Below, piece after piece: positions 55,054 through 64,000 of a stretch of 64,000 nucleotides of DNA. A model generated the notes under the pieces. It searched no databases and had not been told where the DNA came from. It was given only the letters and a program-made list of their open reading frames with translations. How positions within the stretch are numbered: the stretch's first letter is position 1; each line of letters opens with the position of its first letter. Source of the stretch: Podarcis bocagei (Eukaryota); the NCBI GenBank assembly GCA_964188305.1, contig OZ076885.1. One strand, 5' to 3'. A program made the position numbers and the translations under genes.

Positions 55054-55352
55054 CTCCATGTGTGAGCTGGAAGATACTCAATGGAATCGAACGCTTTCTC
55101 TGTTCTTTTAACAACTGAAAACAGGACACAGGACTGAACAGAAGTCTATTTCATCTTGATGCTCTGGCAACAAGTCCCGCAAACACTATCTCAATGTAAT
55201 TATTCTTTAGTTCACGTTCTTCACATTTTAAAACGTGTATGTTTCTGAATTAAATGGTAGGTCTTATTTTCATGTCACCCAAGGGGTGTTTTTACAGTGA
55301 ATCAAAACTTTTATAGAAACATTTTCTAGAAACAGAATGGTACTAGGCTTAC

Positions 55353-55473
55353 CTGGCAAACTAGATGAACTGGATCCAGACTTGATACTAGAACTGGAGA
55401 GGGATGTCCAGTCATATGCCGATTCTGTCCTTTTCAGGGCTTCTTGATAGTTTACGTACAATTGTTTCCCATA
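55353..55473 (-). CDS. RAPH1: RAPH1 exon (YGKQLYVNYQEALK...SSSSLP)
   Basis: tcag| and |gtaagc; 121 nt. Confidence 0.96.
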
Positions 55474-56335
55474 CTGAACAAAACAGAACAGGGAATGTGA
55501 ACACTGCATGATTCAAACCCCAAGCTTATCAACCCCATCCTTTTCATTTCAGACTAGTGGGCTTGCTCCTGACAAAACCTACACTGTAAGATTAGCTGAA
55601 ATTTTGTTTGGTGCCTGCTGGAGTCTTGGTTTCTTATTACCAATCTGCACTGAAAGCTAGAAACAGATGCTCGCCAGATGGAATAACTATCTGGAAAGTG
55701 CCATGGGGTGAAATTGGTAGTTCCAGCCAATAACTCTTCTAACACACCGAGTTACAATTCTCCAGACAACTACAGAGCTTTGCATATGAGGGTATAGGGA
55801 AAAATCAAGAAGGCACAGATGCCATCCCAAGTACAAAGTTCCACATGACATGGAATCCTAGGAAGAGGGTTGCTTGTCAAAGGAGGAATAAAAATGTTAA
55901 AGAGGCTGGAAACGCTTCAGCGTGAAAATAAATGGTCACAGAATGCAGACTGAGTGATACCCAACTAGGTCATACTCAAGAGTAGACCCAGATTTCAAAT
56001 CTAAGGGAGACTAAAGTTGGGCATCACCTATTAATTTGGACATACTTTTGGTTTAATGTGTTATACCAGCCTGGAAATGCATATTCTGATGACCAGCAGA
56101 GTAAATAAAAACAGATAACTTTAAATTGTTACAACAATCCATTTTTATATAATCATATACTTTGTTATATGCTAGTAACAATTTTTAAAAGAATATATTT
56201 AAATCCGATTTTTAGAATCCCTGCCCTTAAAAACAGTGTCTATGTTTGGACATTAGCAACGCCATTCTGTGTTTATACTTTCCAACTCTTATGGTATGAC
56301 AGCTATTGGGAGAGGAGCAGAGAACTGGAACATAC

Positions 56336-56434
56336 CTTAGCGATACGGATGCCATTTACCCACTGATGTAGGGTTCTGATATCATCACAACACAAATATT
56401 TAATATATTGCGATTTCTTCTGAATCTGAGGATG
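56336..56434 (-). CDS. RAPH1: RAPH1 PH-domain exon (HPQIQKKSQYIKYLCCDD...GIRIAK)
   Basis: ccag| and |gtatgt; 99 nt. Confidence 0.96.
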
Positions 56435-56774
56435 CTGGAAGAGAAACATTTGGCGCAGTCAGGGTGAACCGAATTTAAAAATAACAACCTTAACCTTACG
56501 TTCAAAAATTTTGCAGTTGCGATAGCAAAAAGTGAGGAATGCATCCTTTGAATGCCAGGGTTCATATTTCTTCACTGAAGCTGTTGGCAGAAACTGCTGC
56601 AAAATAGATCGCCGCCTTCTCTCATAGGCAAATGAAAACAGGATCTGTATATTCAAACTGATGGAGAGTGGGTCAAATCAATACTGGCTGATACAAAATA
56701 TGCCTTTTTTTTGCGTTTCATGCAGAAATGGGCAACACGCAGCACACAAGGTACAAAAAGCTTTCCAGCAACTA

Positions 56775-57135
56775 CCGTATTTTTCGCTCTATAGGACGCA
56801 CTTTTCCCCCTCCAAAAATTAAGGGGAAATGTGCGCGCGTCCTATGGAGCAAATGCAGGCTCCTTGGCTTCAGCGATAGCAAAGTGAAGCTTCCGAAGCC
56901 TGCGCTCTGGAGGCTTCACGTTGCTTTCGCTGAAGCCAGGAGAGTCTGCTCTTTGAGGCTGGCGGTGGGGGAAAGCAGCGCTTTTGAGGCTGGCGGGACC
57001 TCCCGCAAAAGCAGGGAGAAGCGCACAGGCTGCGTGCAGCCTGTCCGCTGCCCCCAGAGCTGCGGGGGGGATTAATTTCCCCCCTTGATTTCCCCCTCTG
57101 AAAACTAGGTGCGCCCTATAGAGCGAAAAATACGG
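56775..57135. mobile_element. CCGTATTTT-type MITE with GC-rich core
   Basis: TIR ccgtatttttcgctctatagg / cctatagagcgaaaaatacgg; TA TSD. Confidence 0.9.
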
Positions 57136-57201
57136 TAGTGTGTGGCCTTTTCCCCTTCCCCTTTTCATTTCTCATATTGACAGCTACTACTCAACACTTA
57201 C

Positions 57202-57312
57202 TTTAAGTACTAAACAATAGTCTGTAGGAGCTTTATACTTATTCCGATAGTCTTGGCCGTAGTAAACATTTACATGGTCCAGCTGAAGAAAGCATACAAG
57301 ATCCCGAGAGAC
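57202..57312 (-). CDS. RAPH1: RAPH1 PH-domain exon (VSRDLVCFLQLDHVNVYYGQDY...CLVLK)
   Basis: atag| and |gtaagt; 111 nt. Confidence 0.96.
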
Positions 57313-58149
57313 CTATAAAAAGAAACACATACGGTCATGGACGTAGAAACCCTCAAATCATTTTACCGTAACTTTTTCAAAGTTACCTCCTGTGTAACTT
57401 TCAGGTTAATGTAAATACAAGGAACCAATCTCAGTAGGCAACTAGAATAAAACAAATTAACCCAAGATAGGAATAAAAACATTAGTACTATATAATCAGC
57501 AGAATGGAAAATGTTACAAGATCAAAGTGGAACAATTTTCTAGGCTCTCTCAACTATGAAAAGAACTTCAAATTAGATTAAAATGTTCCCAAATTAAAAA
57601 AACAATGCCTTCGTGATGTACACTAAGTCACTATTGACAATATTACCAGAAAGGGGACATAAAGATTTCTTTATCAGGTGGTGATTAATATTAAATAGAT
57701 ATTTTCATCATTATTGGGAGCGTTTTCATTCAAAAATTGAGTCCACCATGGGGATGGGTAAAAGATGGGGCTTGGTTAACCAAATATCTTCTGACAGAGA
57801 CTGAAATAGATTCAGTTATCAGAGCTAGCTACTTATTATTCCTTCTTTGGGAAGAGGAAGAGTTGGGAATTATGGGTAGGACTCATCTAACCGACCCCAT
57901 CAGTGGAAGCCCCCTATGCAAGGACTTCCGCTTATGCAATGGGGCTTTTCCCCTTTCCTCCCCAGGAAATCAGCTTGGGAGAGTGGGGAGGAACCCTCCG
58001 AACAGTGTGGGAGAGGAAGAGAAGGGGGATCATCTTATCTGGCAGGCTCCAAACTTGAGCCGATGGGAGTGACAAACTGGGATGTCAGGGTTTTGAAAAG
58101 ACGAGAGTGGCACAAGTCTTAAAAACAGTTTTAGAAGCAGAAGATTCAC

Positions 58150-58293
58150 CTTCGCCTTTCCTTTGGGAACATAGTAGATTCCAGAAGCACGCAGAAGAAA
58201 ATAACGCTTCTTCCAAGATTTTTTGCCATCATCCTTCAGCCACAAGACACCCTCAATTTCTGGCACCGTTACCGAGCTTCCGCAAAAACACTC
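58150..58293 (-). CDS. RAPH1: RAPH1 PH-domain exon (ECFCGSSVTVPEIEGVLWLK...PKGKAK)
   Basis: ccag| and |gtgaat; 144 nt; inside ORF 58030..58365. Confidence 0.97.
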
Positions 58294-58478
58294 CTGGAAT
58301 AGAAAGTTAACATAGATTTGAAGAGAATGTTCTGCAGTCACAGGGATATTTCTTCCAACACACATTAGCTAACCTTGAATCTTCAGCCTTTTTGTCCTCT
58401 TATTTAGCCCACTTATTTCAGCTCTATCCTGGCCCTCATTACTGACTTGACCAATGGATTTAGATTATGAGCTCTGTA

Positions 58479-58833
58479 AGGTAAAGGTAAAGGGACCCCT
58501 GACCATTAGGTCCAGTCGTGGCCGACTCTGGGGTTGCGGTGCTCATCTCGCTTTACTGGCCGAGGGAGCCGGCATACAGCTTCCGGGTCATGTGGCCAGC
58601 ACGACTAAGCCGCTTTTGGCGAACCAGAGCAGCACACGGAAACGCAGTTTAGCTTCCTGCTGGAGTGGTACCTATTTATCTACTTGCACTTTGACGTGCT
58701 TTTGAACTGCTAGGTTGGCAGGAGCAGGGACCGAGCAACGGGAGCTCACCCCGTCATGCGGATTCGAACCGCCGACCTTCTGATCGGCAAGTCCTAGGCT
58801 CTATGGTTTAACCCACAGCGCCACCAGCATCCC
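58479..58833 (-). mobile_element. Sauria SINE, full length
   Basis: Inverted homologue of the 7039 copy; TSD tatgagctctgta / tatgagctttgta. Confidence 0.92.
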
Positions 58834-58943
58834 TATGAGCTTTGTAGGCAGGACTTAAGAATCCTTCACCCTTCTTGCATAGCAATAAATGAATAGCAGC
58901 AGTAGCAAAACAGCCACCACATCAATAATGTGGAAAGTCTCAC

Positions 58944-59009
58944 CTCCAGTAGTACTTCCTTGTTCCTGTCTGCCATTTCAGAGGTTTCTCTTTTCCCTAG
59001 AAGGTAATT
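58944..59009 (-). CDS. RAPH1: RAPH1 exon (NYLLGKRETSEMADRNKEVLLE)
   Basis: acag| and |gtgaga; 66 nt. Confidence 0.95.
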
Positions 59010-59145
59010 CTGTAAGAGAGGGATTGAGACTTCAGCTGAAGCACTTAGAATTCAGAAATGTAATCATCCTGATATCCCTAGAAGGGTGCCGTTTCTCAGA
59101 GTAACTTCTCCAGATTTTCACAAAAAAACCCTATAAACCAGAGAA

Positions 59146-59177
59146 GTGTGTGTGTGAGTGTGTGTGTGTGTGTGTGT
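59146..59177. repeat. (GT)n microsatellite
   Basis: Seen directly. Confidence 0.9.
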
Positions 59178-61004
59178 ATATTTAAACTACTTACACTCTC
59201 TTCTGGATTCGATCCAGATAACTGAATCTACATGTGCTTGCCAAATACCTGACCCAATCAGGACTCGGCTAAATATACAATTCTGTAAAACCAAACGTTT
59301 ACTCCCTTGGAGTCTTGTGCAAGGTATCTCTGAAACCTTTGATTGAAGTAATTAGGATGGGACTGGGCATCAAAGTTGTTGGAATATTGGGGTGGGTGGG
59401 GAATTTATGGAATATTTATGACAATCAAGATAAGCAATTTGGATTCAAAACCAATCTGTAGCATGGGACAAAGCAGAGATATCTCTTGTTTATCTTGCCA
59501 CAGAACCAATCGGAAGAAGGCTGAAGCAGAACCGGTCCATGAAATCAACATTATGAAGGAACAAATTCTTTTTGTAGGGGGATGCAGATGATGTCCAGAC
59601 CTATTAAAACACCTCTCAAACTCAGAAAGGAGTCAGTTTATTTTATTTGCTGGGCTTTGAATCAACTTTACTAAATCTGAAGTCATGTTTTTTAACATTC
59701 CACTCCATTTAAGCTCCAAAGAGATTTATCTGATATGCTGTTAATCCCTACACGTTACCATAATTTTCACCATTTGCATTCAAATATCTATAAATGTAAA
59801 CAAAGTTACTTTTATGGCAAACCGTGGAAAAGGATGGGAAAACTTGGTAGCATTTGAGAAAAACCACCCTTCCTTAAACAACTCTGTTTATTTCAAATGC
59901 TCCTTACAACAGATAAAGAAATTGCAAAAAAAAGTACACCAGTATGCGTTTGGCTCAAGAATACCCCAAATTTTGAAGGCTCTTATATACAAACCAGCAA
60001 GTGAAGGGGACTGGGGAATGTCCAATAGCTCTCTATTGTAAGACTAAACATATAAGTCACATGGTTCCCATTGTGGCTGAGGACAGACAATGGGTAAAAT
60101 TGGAGTCTGGGGAGACTGCCAGGGTTCTGCTTTTTGTTCACTCATTTTACAAACATAAATTTCAATCCTCAGAGTGGTTAAATAAGAGATTTACAAAAGT
60201 AATGCTTAAAGTTCCGTCAAAGAGAACTGTCGTTTTAGTCCCAGAGATCATCCCCTCTTTTTCAACAGACCTAGACTCTGGTGCTCCAAGAATTTATAAA
60301 TGGTCTGTGTCTTTTACAAGAAAGGTGCTGCAGAAGAGATCAAAGAGGCAAGAAGTCACACCATTTTCATGGCTTCCTTGGGGACAGATTTGAACCTTCT
60401 TGGTGAAACAAAATGTTAGACAATGTGCAATAATAAACTTGTCCAGATTTGAAAGACTGTTTTTTAAAAGTTTTTTTTTGAATTTTTATTTTAAGTAATA
60501 CAAAAGAATACAAAGAAGAAAAAAGGAAACAAAAAAAGAAATATAAATAAACCAATATATAACATTACATACATAACACCCACCACCCACCCTTGACTTC
60601 CCTCCACCACGTCCTGATTTCTATTATATATTATATTAAATATTAACATTGCATTCCTTATCTAAATTATCTTTAATGTCTCCTTCCAAACTTCATTCCT
60701 CTTTTAAACTCTACAATCTTAATCTATGCATAGCAACATATTCTTTTGTGAACAGTGTTTTTCTATATATTCTTCAAAGCATTTCCATTCTGATCTTAGC
60801 TTTTGGTTTGACTGCGACCTTATGGCTGCTGTTAATTTTGCCAACTGTATATAATCACTCATTGTACATATCCAATCCTCTTTGGAGGGAACTGTTTCAC
60901 TTTTCCATTTACTGGCTAGTACTGTTCTGGCAGCTGCTGTAGCGTATAAAAAAATTACTTTCATTTCTTGTGGGATATCTTTTCCCAATAGTCCCAATAG
61001 GTAA

Positions 61005-61440
61005 TGTCAGGGAACTGACATCAGAGCGAGAGGCGAAGGGGAGGCTCCCAGATTCTGCAGGCGAAGGACCCAGCACCAGGGGGAGAAGCAGCTCAGTAGA
61101 GGAGGAAGGAAATCAGCGCAACACCAGGGATAAAGGGGGGCAAATGGGGGAAGTGGAGGGAGAGCTCCGGGATTCTTCTCTGGACATCAGTGAGGAGAGC
61201 ACAGGTCCTCCACTACCCACGCCCTCCCTGCGCAGAAGACTCCCGCGCAGTGAGAGGAGGAGGCGACTAGGAGTCAGACAGCTTCTATGCTGGAAAAGGT
61301 TTAAGAAACGCCCACAGACAGATTCTGCTAGCGACTGAGGCAGCCACGCGGAGATGGGCTGTGCAGTCAGAACGGTTTAACCAAGGCAATTAGGCCTAGA
61401 AAGGCGGCAGTTTACGCACAAGTAACTCATACACATTACA
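61005..61440. mobile_element. Solo LTR, 436 bp
   Basis: TGT...ACA termini; 5-bp TSD ggtaa; removing it restores the L1 reading frame. Confidence 0.85.
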
Positions 61441-61528
61441 GGTAAGCTTCGGGTTTCTTTTCTATAGGGCTCCTAAGCATCGTTTTTGTTTCTTCATGTA
61501 TAGTAGCCCACAAACTTTTTACTTTTTA

Positions 61529-61792
61529 CAGTGGTAGCTCTAGATACGAACGGGATCCATTCTGGAGCCCCGTTCGCATCTAGAGTTAAACGTAACTAGC
61601 GACGGCGCGTTTACGCGCGCACATGCGTGTTGCTTTTCGCTGCTTCTGCGCATGTGCGTGACATAATTTTGAGCGTCTGCACATGCGCAAGCGGCGAAAC
61701 CCAGAAGTAACGTGCTCCGTTACTTCCGGGTTGCCGCGGAGCACAACTCGAACGTGCACAACTCGAAGCGTATTCAACCCAAGGTATGACTG
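61529..61792. mobile_element. Tigger-like MITE
   Basis: Ends cagtggtagctc / caaggtatgactg; TA TSD. Confidence 0.8.
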
Positions 61793-62008
61793 TACTTGAA
61801 AGATTGTTAACTGATTATACCTCAAGCTCAAAGAGTCATGTTTCAAATATTTACTGATCACTATTAAATTCTGAAAGTTCAGGGGGGCTAGACAAATCTG
61901 GGAACATGACTTGGGTATCCAAACAGATGAAGCATATTGGACTCTGGTCTTTTGTTAGAATATACTTTTGTTAGAATATTGTGGGACTTTATTGACTATA
62001 TACCAATA

Positions 62009-62409
62009 CAGTGGTACCTTGGGTTACAGACGCTTCAGGTTACAGATTCTGGTAACCCAGAAATAGTACCTCGGGTTAAGAACTTTGCTTCAGGATGAGA
62101 ACAGAAATTGTGTGGCGGCGGCGCAGCAGCAGCAGCGGGAGGCCCCATTAGCTAAAGTGGTGCTTCAGGTTAAGAACAGTTTCAGGTTAAGAACAGACCT
62201 CCAGAACGAATTACCGTATTTTTTGCACCATAACACTCATTTTTTTCCTCCTAGACAGTAAGGGGAAATGTCTGTGCGTGTTATGGAGGGAATGCCTACG
62301 GGTGGCATGCCTACGGATTTTCCTCCTCTAAAAACTACGTGCGTGTTATGGTTGGGTGCGTGTTATAGAGCAAAAAATACGGGTAAGTTCTTAACCTGAG
62401 GTACCACTG
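62009..62409. mobile_element. Tigger-like MITE with a nested CCGTATTTT-type MITE (62214-62383)
   Basis: Outer element matches 27773-27981; inner element duplicates the TA in gaatTAag. Confidence 0.88.
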
Positions 62410-62692
62410 TAGAACACAGGAAGGGAATCTTCCCCAGAATATGGTCATTTATGGACTATTTAGCGAAGTAGACCCACCTCCCCTGCTTTTCATAGTTAAA
62501 AATGAATGTAACAGCCACACGACTGAGAAATGTATATGCAGAGGTTTATTCTGTGCATGTATTTCAGTTAAACTTTATTAAAGAGAGATATTTCCACTAT
62601 TGTGTGTATAATTTGTGTTTCATATATTAAAATATAGTAAGTGTCAGAAAGGTGCTCAGATGCGGGGGGGGGGGGGGAAGCAATAGACTCAC

Positions 62693-62814
62693 CTGGGGAT
62701 TTTTGAAAAGTGCATATTTTTCTATACGTTCTACAAACATAAGTTTATTTTGACTGTCTCTTGTCCAGTTGAGGAGGTTTTCTACCAAGTTTTCATGGTC
62801 TTCAAAGATTCTCT
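62693..62814 (-). CDS. RAPH1: RAPH1 RA-domain exon (ERIFEDHENLVENLLNW...ALFKNPQ)
   Basis: gcag| and |gtgagt; 122 nt. Confidence 0.96.
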
Positions 62815-63469
62815 CTGCAAAATAAACAAATCACATAATAAATATTCTAAGCTATAAACACAGGAGTGGGGGGTTTTTTTTGGGGGGGGGTCAATGGTTT
62901 GCTGACTCATGACAAAAAGCAGTAATGCCATGCTTAAATATATCTGATATATATGTGTCACCATTAGCCAGGAATCCTGCTTATCAGGACATGCAAACGT
63001 GGGTAATATAAACAAACGATGATTGTAATCCTATTTAATTTAAGCCAGCAAGACTCCTGAAGAGGATTACCGAAATCAGTAGTAAGACAGTCCCTGCCCT
63101 TGGGTTTATAATCTAAAAATGGGGTTTACAGACTTAGGAAGAGCAATGGAACTGGGTTTGTTTACTTGACTTCTTTGCCATAGTATTTTCCACATGCAAT
63201 TATGAGTAATAGCCACATTAAGCGCATCCAGTAATTCCATAGGTTTTTACTAAGAGATCACAAAAAGTACAACGTCAGGCCCTTCACTAAAAGTCTTAGA
63301 TCCCTGAGGCGTTGTAACACATAGTTTGGAAACTGAAAACTCAAGTACCTGAGATTGTGAATACAGAGCAAGTTAGCAAAGAATTCTAAAACAGGACCAC
63401 GTATCGGTAAAATTCTGCATCCGCTCGGAGCAAGAGACAGGAAGAAGCTGTATTTCAAGCTTTACTAAC

Positions 63470-63629
63470 CCATTTGTAATTCTGAGATGGTTTCTACCAA
63501 AGACCAGTCTAAGCTAAAACCACAGTGGGACTTGTCCATCAAGTTGTCCAGCACTTGTCTTACTGTCTGTCGTTCATCTACCATCATTGTTTTGGAGCTG
63601 TCATCTGACATGTGGACTCTAATGACAAG
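63470..63629 (-). CDS. RAPH1: RAPH1 RA-domain exon (LVIRVHMSDDSSKTMMVDERQ...ISELQM)
   Basis: acag| and |gttagt; 160 nt. Confidence 0.96.
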
Positions 63630-64000
63630 CTGTATGTAGACAGAAGGAGACAGAGTTAAATCAGCCAGACAGAAGTTGAAAACAGAAAAGTAAATGCTAA
63701 CATGTTCATGTTGACGTTTTTCTAATTAGTCCTATGTTGTTATCAATTTGCTTTAAAAGGCTATAAAATGGCAATCTGAATTAACCTTGCAACTAGCCAA
63801 CATTTTTGGCTTAATAAGTTGCTATTCTGTGAATAACACCAATTCTCCTGTTGATTTCAGTGGAATTCAAGAGCACGTTAAGTAACTGCAAACTAAGAAA
63901 GGCGCCAAGTCAAAAATTCATGAAATTACATGCATTTCATTACTGTTATCTCTCAGTAAAACAAGATAATAAGCTAGCTTGCGCCTATTTAGTTTTCATA

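Larger units (their letters stand above)
60462..61795 (-). mobile_element. 5'-truncated L1-type LINE (ORF2 C-terminus, 3'UTR, A tail) carrying two nested inserts
   Basis: ORF 60719..60997 (FLYATAAARTVLASKWK...LAKLT); candidate TSD ttgaaagactgtt / ttgaaagattgtt. Confidence 0.8.

Noticed and set aside
60970-61338. 122-aa ORF
   Set aside because: Lies almost wholly within the solo LTR; no gag/pol similarity recognised.

Overview
Vertebrate genomic DNA, inferred to be a squamate and probably a lacertid lizard (full Sauria SINEs, squamate-type L1/L2/CR1 and MITE families). Two convergent genes: ABI2 on + (coding exons 2-12, 9866-35587; exon 1 is outside the window; long 3'UTR to about 39.6 or 42.1 kb) and the 3' part of RAPH1/lamellipodin on - (nine coding exons, 63629 down to 51364; 3'UTR to about 45.07 kb). 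Splice sites were read by eye, all are GT-AG, and both exon chains sum to whole codons (1518 and 2955 nt). Introns and the intergenic gap are dense in non-autonomous transposons. Most notable: a TA-flanked Tc1/mariner-type MITE family with shared ends but different GC-rich hairpin cores; a Penelope-type fragment with an intact minimal hammerhead ribozyme between the two 3' ends; a candidate stop-containing RAPH1 exon; an 18-nt ABI2 microexon; and several nested or same-site insertions. Most ORFs in the supplied track are spurious.
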